Below are positions 1 through 10,558 of a DNA stretch of 44,017 bases, in pieces. Source of the stretch: Candidatus Limnocylindrales bacterium (GTDB lineage Bacteria > Moduliflexota > Moduliflexia > Moduliflexales > JAUQPW01); NCBI GenBank assembly GCA_035559535.1, contig DATMBG010000013.1, positions 1-44,017 on the forward strand. Reading direction: 5' to 3'. The position numbers were made by a program, and so were the translations under genes. The notes beneath the pieces were generated by a model. It was not told where the DNA came from, ran no database searches, and was given only the letters and a program-made list of their open reading frames with translations. Each line of letters begins with the position of its first letter. The first letter of the stretch is position 1.

Positions 1-70
1 CTCCTGTGTAGGGGCGGGAGGCTTCCCGCCCCTACACAGGAGAGGGGGACAGGGGGTGAGGGGAGAGGGA
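1..70. repeat. GTAG-type REP-like palindrome plus G-rich REP half
   Basis: CTCCTGTGTAGGGGCGGGAG (1-20) pairs with TTCCCGCCCCTACACAGGAG (23-42), 19/20 match. Confidence 0.7.
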
Positions 71-100
71 CCAGGGGCATACGCGCCTTTTTTAAGCTGA

Positions 101-285
101 AAAGCCCCGTCAGGGGCGAACCGTGGGTAGCCCCCGACGCAAGCCGGGGGTTTCAGTCGTTCAGAATTTTTCAAGCTCCGGAGGAGCGGCCTGTGAAACA
201 GGTTGCCCCGCCAGGGTTATCTTTCTTATCCTGGCCCGTATGGGAGCCGGGAGTGAGGGCCGCTTAAAAGTCAAGCAAAACCAGG
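101..285 (+). repeat. Dispersed REP/REPIN-like element, copy 1
   Basis: 101-202 aligns with the reverse complement of about 16042-16144; tail GAGGGCCGCTTAAAAGTCAAGCAAA resembles 34268-34291. Confidence 0.7.
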
Positions 286-310
286 TAAACAGGGTACTAC
301 AAATTTTTTA

Positions 311-339
311 TTGAAAGTATCCGGAAGGTATATTATAAA
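311..339 (+). promoter_or_regulatory. Putative sigma70 promoter of the sugar ABC operon
   Basis: TTGAAA-N17-TATAAA; SD AAGGAGG before ATG 414. Confidence 0.5.
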
Positions 340-413
340 CCGGAATCAGCCGAATTTTCTGAAGCAGTCTATACTTTCAACTAACTTAAATCAACCAAAC
401 CAAGGAGGGAAAA

Positions 414-1772
414 ATGTGTAAGATTCTTTATCTCAATCGGTCATCCTTAAGACTTTTGTTGGTCACGGTCGGGTATATAGGGATAGTTGTTTTAGCCGGT
501 ACACTTCCGGTCATGGCTCAGGAGCGGGTACTGGAAGTCTGGACCCATGAATTTCCACCCCTCCAGAAGGGAATGACCCAAAAATGGATTCCCGAGTTTG
601 AAGCCAAGAATCCCGGTATCAAGGTTAAATTAACGGCAATCCCCTTTGCAGGAGTTGTATCCTTTGATGCCAAACTATTGGCAGCGCTCTCTGGAGGGGA
701 AGGGCCTGATTTCTGGGACATGGGGGATTGGAATTATAAGACCTTCATAGATAATAAGTTCCTGGCACCTTTCGATCCTAAGATCTTCGGCTATACCTCA
801 GATCAGGAGATGATTGAGGCCTACCTTCCGGGTACCATGGATATTTTCATACGGGATGGCAAAGTTTATGGACTGTTCAGCGAGTATAATACACTGGCCC
901 TGTTTTATAACCTCGATATGTTCGATAAAGAAGGGATACCTCCGTTACCAACTGATAAGCCGGTGTCCTGGAAACAAATCGAAGAGATCGGTGCCAAACT
1001 CCGCAAAACGGATCCATCGGGTAAGTTGACTCAGATAGGTTATCAGTTCGGTTTCTTTGCAAGCTTTCGCTCGCCCCAGTGGTATGCCCAAAATTTTTAT
1101 GCTCTGATGCGACAATACGGCCAGGATGATCTTTACATAGATGGAAAGCCTGCAGCCTATACCGAACCGGTCAAGAAAGCTCTCCAGACGATTTATGACT
1201 TTACCCATACTTCTAAGGCGTATGATCCGACCTTTTTGACCAACTGGTTTGCTGATTTCCCAAAAGGTCGGGTCGCCATGGTATTGGCAGGAACCTGGTT
1301 CGTACCGGCTATTAAACAAAATAACCCTAACGTACGGTTTGGTGTGGCTCCACATCCTGTGGTCAACCCTGAAGATAAAGCAACCTATAAGAATATCCAG
1401 TGGTCATGGGGTTGGTCGGTAAATGCCAATAAGCCCCCGGAGCAACAAAGACTGGCTCAAGAATTTATTGCCTTTATGCTGGGTAAGAAAGGTGAAACAG
1501 AACAGGCGACCTGGTGGTTCAGCAATCTCGGTTATACTCAGCCCAGCAGAGCGTTCCTTGAATCCAAAGCCTATGCCGACAAACTGGCCGCAGATCCCTG
1601 GCTTAAACAATGGGTCGATGCCTTTAAAATGTACGAAATTAAGTATGTTCCGCACTCCTATGATGAACCTGGGGCTGCCCTGATGCGCGCCATAGATCGG
1701 GTAGTTTACGATAAAATGTCTCCAGAGGAATCTGCAAAGCTACTTCAGGCCGAGCTTCAACGACTCCAGTAA
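414..1772 (+). CDS. Carbohydrate ABC transporter substrate-binding protein
   Basis: Signal peptide (..VMA|QE), FEAKNPGIKV, LFYNLDMF and GRVAMVLAGTW motifs; two permeases follow. Confidence 0.9.
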   Translation: MCKILYLNRSSLRLLLVTVGYIGIVVLAGTLPVMAQERVLEVWTHEFPPLQKGMTQKWIPEFEAKNPGIKVKLTAIPFAGVVSFDAKLLAALSGGEGPDFWDMGDWNYKTFIDNKFLAPFDPKIFGYTSDQEMIEAYLPGTMDIFIRDGKVYGLFSEYNTLALFYNLDMFDKEGIPPLPTDKPVSWKQIEEIGAKLRKTDPSGKLTQIGYQFGFFASFRSPQWYAQNFYALMRQYGQDDLYIDGKPAAYTEPVKKALQTIYDFTHTSKAYDPTFLTNWFADFPKGRVAMVLAGTWFVPAIKQNNPNVRFGVAPHPVVNPEDKATYKNIQWSWGWSVNANKPPEQQRLAQEFIAFMLGKKGETEQATWWFSNLGYTQPSRAFLESKAYADKLAADPWLKQWVDAFKMYEIKYVPHSYDEPGAALMRAIDRVVYDKMSPEESAKLLQAELQRLQ

Positions 1773-1804
1773 TAAATCTTCTGACCAACCGGAGAGGAAT
1801 CTGG

Positions 1805-2680
1805 ATGCGCCGCGATCTGAGATACGGACTCTTCTTCACTTCACCAGCGATAGCGTTTTTCCTGTTGTTTTGGATTCTCCCTGTACTGCTGGCGCTCTAC
1901 TACAGCTTAACCAGATGGAAAGTGGGGCGCCCTGCAACGTTTATCGGTCTGAAGAATTATATCGACCTGTTCACGGATCCCCAATTTCATCAATCGGTAA
2001 AAGCTTCAGTCGTTATTACCCTTCTGGTTGTTACAGGTACACTGGTTCTTTCTCTCCTCCTTGCAGTTCTCCTCAACGATGACCGTCTGCGGGGGAGTCA
2101 TTTGATTAAAGCTTTAATCATTTTACCGGTTGTCACCGATTGGGTAGCAACCGGACTCGTCTGGCAGCTTATTTTTTTGCCTTATTCCGGGGTTCTGGCG
2201 GGTATTTTCTCTTTTCTGGGTCTGTATAACTTCATGGGACTCGGCTGGACAGCAACTAAATCCCTTGCTCCCTTTGCCATTGTGATCTTTATTATCTGGA
2301 AGACCACCGGTTTGTATACGATCATCTTTCTGGCCGGATTAAAGGGCATTCCACGACAATACACAGAAGCTGCTATCGTCGATGGAGCCAATGCCCGGCA
2401 GGTCTTTTTTAATATTACCTTGCCCCTCCTTCGCCCCATTACGGTTTTTGTGCTGGTCACTGCGTTTGTAAGTACCATGGGTCTCTTTGAACCTGTTTTT
2501 ATGTTAACAGGAGGGGGTCCGGCAGATGCTACCCGCGTTCTTCCGATTTTCTTGTACGAGAATTTTTTTCAATTTCGTAATGGAGGGTATGCCAGCGCAG
2601 CGGGTGTATTGTTTTTGATTTTTTGCCTGGGTTTTGCGCTGATCTCGGCACGAATCCTTCGATATAGTTACTACGAGTAA
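1805..2680 (+). CDS. Carbohydrate ABC transporter permease (MalF/UgpA type)
   Basis: FIGLKNY; EAA loop EAAIVDGA; LTGGGP. Confidence 0.92.
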   Translation: MRRDLRYGLFFTSPAIAFFLLFWILPVLLALYYSLTRWKVGRPATFIGLKNYIDLFTDPQFHQSVKASVVITLLVVTGTLVLSLLLAVLLNDDRLRGSHLIKALIILPVVTDWVATGLVWQLIFLPYSGVLAGIFSFLGLYNFMGLGWTATKSLAPFAIVIFIIWKTTGLYTIIFLAGLKGIPRQYTEAAIVDGANARQVFFNITLPLLRPITVFVLVTAFVSTMGLFEPVFMLTGGGPADATRVLPIFLYENFFQFRNGGYASAAGVLFLIFCLGFALISARILRYSYYE

Positions 2681-2688
2681 GATCTAAT

Positions 2689-3531
2689 ATGGATAGGTTT
2701 GCCCGAATCTTCAAGTATCTGGTGCTCACGCTGTACTGTCTTTTCAGTGTGATCCCCTTTATCTGGATGCTGTCGGCCTCATTCAAGCGCCCCGACGATG
2801 TATTGACGGTCCCTATTCAATGGATTCCCCCAGTATGGCAACCCAAAAATTACTTGCAGGCTTTGTTCGAACCCCGTTTTGCAGGTTACAGTATCTCGAC
2901 TTTTATGATTAACAGTATTATCGTAGCGCTTATGACCAGCCTTTTATCTATGGGTCTCTCAACGTTCGTCGGTTATGGATTTGCCAAGTTTAAATTCCGG
3001 GGTCGTGATGTTTTATTATGGGGAATCCTGAGTACTACATTGTTACCCTTTTCATCGGTTATCATCCCACTTTATCTGATCGTTCGCATGCTCGGTTTGC
3101 TGGATAATTTATGGGCGCTGATTATTCCCTTTGCCTTGACCGGGCAGAGTATTTTTCTGGCCCGTCAGTTTATTCTGACTTTACCTTCCGAACTAATCGA
3201 TGCAGCCCGTGTAGATGGAGCCGGTGAGTTGCAAATCTTTGTACGGGTTGTTTTTCCCCTGTTGGGTCCGGCCATTGTAACCCTGGGTCTCATGACATTT
3301 CTTTTTTCCTGGAATCAATTTCTCTGGCCGCTGGTTGTTTTGTCTTCCCAAAAGGTATTCACGCTGCCCCTGGGATTATCCCTGATGGGACTCGGTTCAA
3401 CTTTTCTGGTGGATTACCATCTTTGGATGGCGGCGGCCACGCTGGCAGTACTTCCGCCGCTTGTCTTTTTCTTAATCTTAGAGCGGCCTTACTTGCGAGG
3501 GTTAGAAACCCTTTCGGGTTTGAAGGAATAG
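2689..3531 (+). CDS. Carbohydrate ABC transporter permease (MalG/UgpE type)
   Basis: ELIDAARVDGA; WNQFLWPL. Confidence 0.92.
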   Translation: MDRFARIFKYLVLTLYCLFSVIPFIWMLSASFKRPDDVLTVPIQWIPPVWQPKNYLQALFEPRFAGYSISTFMINSIIVALMTSLLSMGLSTFVGYGFAKFKFRGRDVLLWGILSTTLLPFSSVIIPLYLIVRMLGLLDNLWALIIPFALTGQSIFLARQFILTLPSELIDAARVDGAGELQIFVRVVFPLLGPAIVTLGLMTFLFSWNQFLWPLVVLSSQKVFTLPLGLSLMGLGSTFLVDYHLWMAAATLAVLPPLVFFLILERPYLRGLETLSGLKE

Positions 3532-3532
3532 A

Positions 3533-3668
3533 CCAGAATATCCAGAAGTCAAAGGTCAGAAGTCAAAAGCCTTTAGGGTCGTCTTTAAACAGGATGATCC
3601 CAAAGGTCCCCCTCAGGCAATTAGAGAATATCTTCATCGTGAAGGGGTGTAACTTCTGAACTTTGACG
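3533..3668. repeat. Degenerate inverted heptamer array (CAGAAGT...ACTTCTG)
   Basis: CAGAAGTCAAAGGTCAGAAGTCAAAAG at the left and ACTTCTGAACTTTGAC at the right of the intergenic gap. Confidence 0.4.
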
Positions 3669-3678
3669 CTAAAAGAGA

Positions 3679-4743
3679 ATGAATCGTATTATTGGTGCTT
3701 TTATTTTTCCAAACGTCTGGCAGACCTGGACCGGGTCCGAAGCAGAACGGATACTCAGGACCCTGGCCGAATTTGGAATCAACACCATCTTTACGGAATC
3801 TGAGTTCTATCGAGATGATCTGATTGAGATAGCCCATCGATTGGGGCTCCGGTGGGTGGGTGGAATTGCCTGTTTTTCCGATCATGCCCATCAGCATCGA
3901 CTGCTTCAAGATCGGCCAGAACTATGGCCGATCGATGAAACCGGTCAGCGTCGTCCCCAGATGGAATGGTATATCGGCATCACCCCGACCTTTGAGGATT
4001 ATAATACTTCTCGATTGGAGCTGGCCGATAGACTTGTACAGAATCACCCTCTCGATGGTTTTTTCCTTGACTTCATCCGTTGGCCGATTCACTGGGAACT
4101 CGAGCTACGTCCGGGTACAACCAGGCCCTTACAATCCTCCTTTGATCCTCATACCCTGACCCGATTCCAGACTGAAACTGGAATCGAACTGCCGACCGAG
4201 CTTGGGGATATCTCCGCCCAGGCCCACTGGATTCTCTCTCACCACTTCACCGCATGGACAGATTTTAAATGTCGAATCATCACAAATTTTGTTCAACAAG
4301 CTACCACGCGACTACGTAAAATCCGAGGTCAGGACTTCTTGTTGGGCTTGTATGTCTTGCCTTTTTCGCCTGAATTACTGGAGCCCCTGGCAGGTCAAAG
4401 GTTACAAGATCTTGCCCTATGGATAGATGTAATCGCACCCATGGCCTACCATGCTATTTTACATCGATCTGTCCAATGGATAGGGGAAGTTATTCAAAGT
4501 ATGACCTCTCTGGTTGCCGATAAGATATTGCCGGTTTTACAGGTAGATTCCACAGAAGGAGCCGAAAAGGGAGCAGATTGGGGACCTCCCATTCCTGTTT
4601 ATGAATGGGAAGATGCCTTACGGCTAACCCTGAACTCATCAGGTATAAGGGGTTTGATAACTTTCACCGGGACCGCTCTTTTTCGTGATCGTCGAGGCGA
4701 GTCCCTGCGGACTATGCTTTCAACCTCTTCTATCAAAGGTTAA
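3679..4743 (+). CDS. Putative TIM-barrel glycoside hydrolase-like protein (GHL10/DUF187-like)
   Basis: GINTIF, LDGFFLDFIRW, DVIAPMAYH motifs; follows sugar ABC genes; no signal peptide. Confidence 0.65.
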   Translation: MNRIIGAFIFPNVWQTWTGSEAERILRTLAEFGINTIFTESEFYRDDLIEIAHRLGLRWVGGIACFSDHAHQHRLLQDRPELWPIDETGQRRPQMEWYIGITPTFEDYNTSRLELADRLVQNHPLDGFFLDFIRWPIHWELELRPGTTRPLQSSFDPHTLTRFQTETGIELPTELGDISAQAHWILSHHFTAWTDFKCRIITNFVQQATTRLRKIRGQDFLLGLYVLPFSPELLEPLAGQRLQDLALWIDVIAPMAYHAILHRSVQWIGEVIQSMTSLVADKILPVLQVDSTEGAEKGADWGPPIPVYEWEDALRLTLNSSGIRGLITFTGTALFRDRRGESLRTMLSTSSIKG

Positions 4744-5063
4744 AAAGTAAATTTATCCCTCGAGGGATTTCCCTATCATTTTTTACTTTTCAATTTTCGG
4801 CAGGAACTGTAAAATAATTCTTTGGTGAAAGAGAAATTAATACCGATTCCATTTTGAAGTACATCCTGAACGGTGGTTTCCCTCCTATTCGCTCTAAGAG
4901 TCTCGAAGGGCGAACGGGTGTATCTTCTAATATATTTAAACCTGGAATGGGTATAAGATCGAAAAATTTACAAAATTCTCTTCCTTCTTTCTGATTTACA
5001 AAATCAGAATTTAATAAAATAACTTTAGTTCCAGGAATCTCTTCTTCGTCAAAGGGAGGTGTT

Positions 5064-5999
5064 ATGGTTAAGAAAAGCTTGTCGGGTTGTTGGCTTCTGC
5101 TGTTGTGTTTGGTAGCAGGAATGGCCACGGCAGCAGATAAAGCCACGATAAATGAATTTTTTACTGCAGTCAAAATAGGGGATACAGATAAAGTCCGTAC
5201 CCTAATAACTGCCAATCCCGAACTGATAAATATAAAGGATCGCTACCATTCTACCCCGTTACACCATGCGATTGGTATGGGTCATTGGGAGATTACGAAA
5301 CTTTTGGTGGACCAGGGGGCCGATATCAATGCGAAGACGCGAAGTGGTATTACACCGCTACATATGGCCATCTCTTCAGGCAATCGGAAGATGGTAGAGC
5401 TTCTTCTGGCCAAAGGAGCCAATATTAATGGGGGAACTGACTATGATGTAACTCCCCTCCATGCAGCCACAGATCTGGATAATCGAGAGATTGCAGAGCT
5501 TCTCATCACCAAAGGGGCCGATATAGGTGCAAGAACCGGTCACGGGACCACCCCTTTACATATCGCGGCCTATGACGGTCATAAAGACATGGTAGAGTTT
5601 CTCCTGGGTAAGGGGGCCGATCTCAATGCCAGGGATAAGGATGGGTCTACTCCTCTGCATTTGGCGGCTTATGGGGGAAAGCGGGAGGTTGTAGAGCTTC
5701 TCCTTGCCAGGGGAGCCGATATCCACGCAAAAAACGATGAAGGGGATACTCCGCTCCACGTTGCAGCTTCTCGAGGTAAGTCAGAAGTGGTGGAACTTCT
5801 CCTTACCAAAGGGGCCGAGATTAATGCCAGGAATAAAAATGGATCGACCCCTCTACATTTAGCAGCCTCTAAGGGTCAGCAAGAAGTTGTGAAGATCCTC
5901 CTGGTCAAGGGAGCAGATATCCATGCCAAGAACGATAAGGGTGAAACTCCTCTGGATGTAGCCGATCCGGATTTGGTTTCGCTCCTCCAAGGACATTGA
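5064..5999 (+). CDS. Secreted ankyrin-repeat protein
   Basis: Signal peptide plus about 8 G-x-TPLH-x-A...LL-x-x-GAD repeats; SD GGAGGT. Confidence 0.93.
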   Translation: MVKKSLSGCWLLLLCLVAGMATAADKATINEFFTAVKIGDTDKVRTLITANPELINIKDRYHSTPLHHAIGMGHWEITKLLVDQGADINAKTRSGITPLHMAISSGNRKMVELLLAKGANINGGTDYDVTPLHAATDLDNREIAELLITKGADIGARTGHGTTPLHIAAYDGHKDMVEFLLGKGADLNARDKDGSTPLHLAAYGGKREVVELLLARGADIHAKNDEGDTPLHVAASRGKSEVVELLLTKGAEINARNKNGSTPLHLAASKGQQEVVKILLVKGADIHAKNDKGETPLDVADPDLVSLLQGH

Positions 6000-6006
6000 T
6001 TTTCAG

Positions 6007-6036
6007 AGGGCAGCCTCCTAAGGCTGCCCTGCTTTT
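6007..6036 (+). terminator. Intrinsic terminator-like hairpin
   Basis: AGGGCAGCCT-ccta-AGGCTGCCCT then GCTTTT, just after the ankyrin stop. Confidence 0.55.
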
Positions 6037-6160
6037 CTGCAACAGTTTCATACCGGAAGGATTTTTCTCCCGATCCGATTCGACCCTCTGAAACGCCGGG
6101 TTCCAATCCCCTCAGCAGTGCTATGATCGGTAATTAACGGAAGCCTCTTTTCAAAGGGAG

Positions 6161-8872
6161 TTATACCGAAGTTGAGACGGCGATCTCCTTTTCCGCTTTG
6201 AGTTTTGCCTGCGCAGCGGCCAGCCTTGCAACGGGAATACGATAGGGGGAGCAGCTCACATAGTTTAAACCTACCTGATAGAAGAATTCTACCGAAGCGG
6301 GATCTCCGCCGTGTTCGCCGCAGACTCCCACTTTTAAGTTGGGACGGGCCGAGCGCCCTTTCTGCGTAGCCATCTTGACCAATTCACCTACCCCCTCCTG
6401 ATCGATAGTGGCGAAGGGATCGGCCTTGAGGATCTTTTTCTCCAGATAATAGGGAAGAAACTTTCCTACATCATCCCGGCTATAACCAAAGGTCATTTGG
6501 GTAAGGTCGTTGGTTCCAAAGGAGAAAAACTCGGCGTATTGGGCAATCTTATCGGCGATGAGGGCCGCTCGGGGAACCTCGATCATGGTACCTACCAGGT
6601 AATCAACTCGAACTCCGGCCTCTCGCATGACTTCTTCGGCAACCCGAACGGTATCTTCTCGGGTGATACGCATCTCTTCCACAGTTCCTGTGAGTGGAAT
6701 CATTACTTCGGGGAATACCTTAATTCCTTGCTTTTTAACTTCTACAGCCGCTTCAAAAATAGCCCGTACTTGCATTTCGGAAATGGCCGGAAAACTAATC
6801 CCCAGGCGGCATCCTCGATGCCCCAACATAGGGTTAAATTCTCGAAGGTTATCAATGGCCTTCAGGGTTTTTTCGAGTTCTTCAACCTGAGCCTGAATCT
6901 GCTTTTTCCGGTCTGCTTTCAATCGTCTTTTTAACTCCATGCGTAATTCAGTAAGCTTCACCAGGATCTCGTCTCGATTGGGAAGGAATTCATGAAGCGG
7001 CGGGTCCAGAAGTCGGATGGTAACCGGTAATCCGTCCATGGCTTTAAAGATTCCGATGAAGTCTTCTCGTTGCATGGGAAGTAGTTTTTCCAGGCTTTTT
7101 TTCCGGGTTTTGTCATCCTCGGCCATAATCATTTTTCGTACCCAGGGGATGCGGTCTTCTCCGAAGAACATGTGTTCGGTCCTGGCCAGGCCAATGCCTT
7201 CAGCGCCGAAGTTTCTGGCAATTCTTGCATCTTCCGGGGTATCTGCGTTAGCCCGGACCCCCAGGGTTCGGATTTCATCTACCCAGTCCATGAAAGTCTT
7301 GAATTCTCCTGTCAGGGAGGCTTGAATAAGGGGAACCTGTCCGAGAATCACCTCTCCGGTATTTCCATTGAGAGAAATATAATCTCCTTCCTTGACCACA
7401 ATGCCATCTACCATGAACTGACCGGCCTCTTCATCTATCGTAATAGCTCCGCATCCTACTACACAGCATTTACCCATCCCCCGACCTACAACCGCCGCAT
7501 GGGAAGTGACACCGCCTCGAGAGGTCAGAATACCCTGTGCTGCATACATACCCACTATATCTTCGGGGGAGGTCTCCGGACGGACCAAAATCACCTTTTC
7601 CCCTTTATCCGCCCATTCTTTAGCCCGATCCGCACTAAAGACGACTTTTCCGACTGCGGCACCGGGTGAAGCCGGTAAACCCTTTGCGATGGGTTTAACC
7701 TTTGCCTTGGGGTCAAAAATCGGATGAAGCAGTTGGTCTAACTGGTCGGGTTCCACCCGCATAATGGCTTCTTCCTTAGAAATGAGACCTTCCTGAACCA
7801 TATCCACGGCAATCTTAACGGCAGCCAGCGCGGTTCGTTTACCGGTTCGGGTCTGAAGCATATAAAGTTTACCATCCTGGACGGTAAACTCTATGTCCTG
7901 CATGTCTCGATAATGACTCTCGAGTTTTTGATAAACCTCTTCCAGTTGTCGATAAATTTCTGGATGAGAATCTTTTAAAGTAGTAATCTTCTGGGGCGTC
8001 CGAATCCCTGCCACTACATCTTCTCCCTGGGCATTAGGAAGATAATCCCCATAAAAGACTTTCTCTCCGGTACTTGGATCCCGGGTGAAAGCTACCCCGG
8101 TTCCTGAGTTCTCTCCCATATTTCCAAAAACCATGGCCTGAACATTGGCAGCTGTACCCCATTCTTCCGGAATCCCATAAATCCTCCGATACTCGATGGC
8201 TCGTTTATTGTTCCAGGAATTAAATACTGCCCCAATGGCCATTCTCAATTGCTCTTTTGGGTCTTGAGGGAAATCTTTTCCCGTTTTCCTCTTGACCAGA
8301 GCTTTGTATTTCTTCACCAGATCCTTCAGATCCTCGGCAGTCAGTTCGGTATCCAGTTTTACCCCTACCTCTTTTTTCTTTTCCTCTAAGAGCTTCTCAA
8401 ACTCATCCCGATCTATACCCAGGACAACATTGGAGAACATGGTAATAAACCGCCGATAGCTATCATAGGCAAAGCGTTCATTACCGGTTCGTTTAATCAA
8501 CCCCTGAACCGTCTGATCATTCAAGCCCAGATTGAGTATGGTATCCATCATACCGGGCATGGAAGCCCTTGCACCAGATCGAACAGAGACCAGGAGAGGA
8601 TTATCGGGATCTCCCAGTTTTGCTCCCATGAGATTCTCTAATCGGCTCAAATTCTCTTCAACTTCATCCCACATCCCTTCTGGATAACGTTTCTGGTTTT
8701 TATAAAACTCGTTACAAGCCTCTGTACTGATGGTAAATCCAGGTGGCACCGGAATTCCTAAATTGGTCATTTCGGCTAAACCGGCCCCTTTTCCACCTAA
8801 TAGATTTCGCATTTTTGCATTTCCCTCGGCTTTACCACCGCCAAAGAAATAAACATATTTTTTTCTGGCCAT
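6161..8872 (-). CDS. ppdK: Pyruvate, phosphate dikinase
   Basis: [26 protein letters not shown] (phospho-His), [18 protein letters not shown]. Confidence 0.98.
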   Translation of the reverse strand: MARKKYVYFFGGGKAEGNAKMRNLLGGKGAGLAEMTNLGIPVPPGFTISTEACNEFYKNQKRYPEGMWDEVEENLSRLENLMGAKLGDPDNPLLVSVRSGARASMPGMMDTILNLGLNDQTVQGLIKRTGNERFAYDSYRRFITMFSNVVLGIDRDEFEKLLEEKKKEVGVKLDTELTAEDLKDLVKKYKALVKRKTGKDFPQDPKEQLRMAIGAVFNSWNNKRAIEYRRIYGIPEEWGTAANVQAMVFGNMGENSGTGVAFTRDPSTGEKVFYGDYLPNAQGEDVVAGIRTPQKITTLKDSHPEIYRQLEEVYQKLESHYRDMQDIEFTVQDGKLYMLQTRTGKRTALAAVKIAVDMVQEGLISKEEAIMRVEPDQLDQLLHPIFDPKAKVKPIAKGLPASPGAAVGKVVFSADRAKEWADKGEKVILVRPETSPEDIVGMYAAQGILTSRGGVTSHAAVVGRGMGKCCVVGCGAITIDEEAGQFMVDGIVVKEGDYISLNGNTGEVILGQVPLIQASLTGEFKTFMDWVDEIRTLGVRANADTPEDARIARNFGAEGIGLARTEHMFFGEDRIPWVRKMIMAEDDKTRKKSLEKLLPMQREDFIGIFKAMDGLPVTIRLLDPPLHEFLPNRDEILVKLTELRMELKRRLKADRKKQIQAQVEELEKTLKAIDNLREFNPMLGHRGCRLGISFPAISEMQVRAIFEAAVEVKKQGIKVFPEVMIPLTGTVEEMRITREDTVRVAEEVMREAGVRVDYLVGTMIEVPRAALIADKIAQYAEFFSFGTNDLTQMTFGYSRDDVGKFLPYYLEKKILKADPFATIDQEGVGELVKMATQKGRSARPNLKVGVCGEHGGDPASVEFFYQVGLNYVSCSPYRIPVARLAAAQAKLKAEKEIAVSTSV

Positions 8873-8877
8873 CTTTT

Positions 8878-9030
8878 ATGAGAGTATGGGAATATGAGGG
8901 TGTGGGAGTGTGGGAGTATGGGAGTACGGGAGTATGGGGGTATGGAAGTATGGAATTTCTCCCATACCCCCATACCCCCATACTCCCATACCTCTATACC
9001 CCCATACCCCCATACCCCCATACTCCTATA
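8878..9030. repeat. Inverted octamer tandem array (GGGAGTAT)n...(ATAC[T/C]CCC)n
   Basis: About 9 octamers per arm around a short centre near 8955. Confidence 0.9.
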
Positions 9031-9034
9031 TTTT

Positions 9035-9433
9035 CTATTCTTCTTTCGGTTTGACATCCGGTTCAATTTGATAAGCATTAGCTACCCGATTCATACCGTT
9101 AAATAAATCTACCACGGCAATAAGCTCTCCCAGCGCTTCGTTATCTAAACCCAGTTTTTTAACAGCCGCCGTATGGGAGTTAATACAATAGGTACACCCA
9201 TTGGTAATGGATACGGCCAGGGCGATAATCTCTTTCGTGAGCATATCTAACTTACCGGGAGTCATGATAGCTTTTAGCTTTTTCCAGGTAATTTCCAGGT
9301 AATCGGGATTGGTAGCCAGAGCTTTCCATACGTTGGGAACAAAGTCAATCTGCTTTGTTTTTTTGATATCTTCAAAGATCTCAAGGACTTTTCCCGATGC
9401 TTCTTCCTCGGAAATTAGTTTAACGGTTGGCAT
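9035..9433 (-). CDS. AhpD/carboxymuconolactone decarboxylase family protein
   Basis: KEIIALAVSITNGCTYCINSH (E...CxxCxxxH). Confidence 0.9.
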   Translation of the reverse strand: MPTVKLISEEEASGKVLEIFEDIKKTKQIDFVPNVWKALATNPDYLEITWKKLKAIMTPGKLDMLTKEIIALAVSITNGCTYCINSHTAAVKKLGLDNEALGELIAVVDLFNGMNRVANAYQIEPDVKPKEE

Positions 9434-9596
9434 AATTTTCCAAGCAATACCTAATGCATCATACGTAATATAAAAATCGCTATTTTACCCCTTACATATC
9501 ACGCATTATGCACTACGTCGGTTGATCCCCAGGCTAAAAATCAGAATTATCAACTTTAAGATAGGCAAACTTTGTAGACCCGCAAGGGAAGGGCTT

Positions 9597-9631
9597 AAAA
9601 AAAAATAGGAATCAGAAATCTCTGATTCCTA
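9597..9631 (-). terminator. Intrinsic terminator of rplC
   Basis: TAGGAATCAGA-aatc-TCTGATTCCTA with A9 on the left (U-tract on the minus strand). Confidence 0.8.
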
Positions 9632-9655
9632 ATCTTTTGCCATAAAAGACCTCGA

Positions 9656-10300
9656 TCACTTCTTTCCTTTGACGGCTTTTCGGATAATCAATAAAGAGCC
9701 ATTGCTTCCCGGGACGGCCCCTTTGACGAGTAGAAGATTTTGATCCTCCCGAATACTTACGACTTGAAGGTTCTGGATCGTTTTCCGTTCGTTTCCCATT
9801 CGACCCGGCATGCGTTTTCCTTTAAAGATTCGACCGGGTGAGGTTCTACATCCGATAGCACCTCCATGTCTGAAATATTCATGGGTTCCATGGGAGGCAG
9901 GAAATCCGGCAAAACCATAGCGTTTTACTACCCCTGCAAAACCTCTTCCTTTGGACCAGCCGGTAACGTCTACATATTCCCCCGGTTTAAAAATATTTAC
10001 CCTGATCTCATCTCCTTTCGAGTACTCCACAATTTCATCCGGTTCCAGTCGAATCTCTTTAAGGTATCGTTTGGGAGTTACCTGAGCCGCTTTAAAATGA
10101 CCGAGTAGAGGCTTGGTAACTCGCGATTCTTTCTTATCTATAAATCCCAGTTGAATGGCATTATACTGGTCCGACGCGACCGTTTTCTTCTGAACGATGG
10201 AACAGGGACCGGCTTCGATGACCGTTACCGGTACTACGTTACCTTCTGCATCAAAAATCTGAGTCATTCCGATCTTTCTTCCTAATATTCCCAGAGCCAT
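9656..10300 (-). CDS. rplC: 50S ribosomal protein L3 (stand-alone)
   Basis: GRKIGMTQIF, SKGRGFAGVVKR, SHG, PGRIFKGKRMPG, LLVKGAVPG; SD AGGAGGAGG. Confidence 0.98.
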   Translation of the reverse strand: MALGILGRKIGMTQIFDAEGNVVPVTVIEAGPCSIVQKKTVASDQYNAIQLGFIDKKESRVTKPLLGHFKAAQVTPKRYLKEIRLEPDEIVEYSKGDEIRVNIFKPGEYVDVTGWSKGRGFAGVVKRYGFAGFPASHGTHEYFRHGGAIGCRTSPGRIFKGKRMPGRMGNERKTIQNLQVVSIREDQNLLLVKGAVPGSNGSLLIIRKAVKGKK

Positions 10301-10558
10301 AATCTATATACCTCCTCCTAATTCAATTGTTAACAAAATAAAGTAACATAGAATTCGGTATCAAGTCAACGCCTAAATCGCAAAAATTTTTTGGAACCCC
10401 TCTTGAAATCCCCTTGACTTTTTCTCTTTTACTTCCTTAGCTTAGTTTGTCATGAACAGCATAACCTTTTTGTCCTCACTTTGTTCTCAGGCTGGAGCCT
10501 GGGAAGGAGAAAAAATCGGTTTATTCTTGCTCAGATTCCCAGGAACTATTCAGCTTTT

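Noticed and set aside
8743..9106. ORFs 8743-9054, 8797-9078 and 8894-9106; possible CRISPR array
   Set aside because: The ORFs are translations of the octamer array; there are no 23-47 bp repeats with unique spacers and no cas genes.
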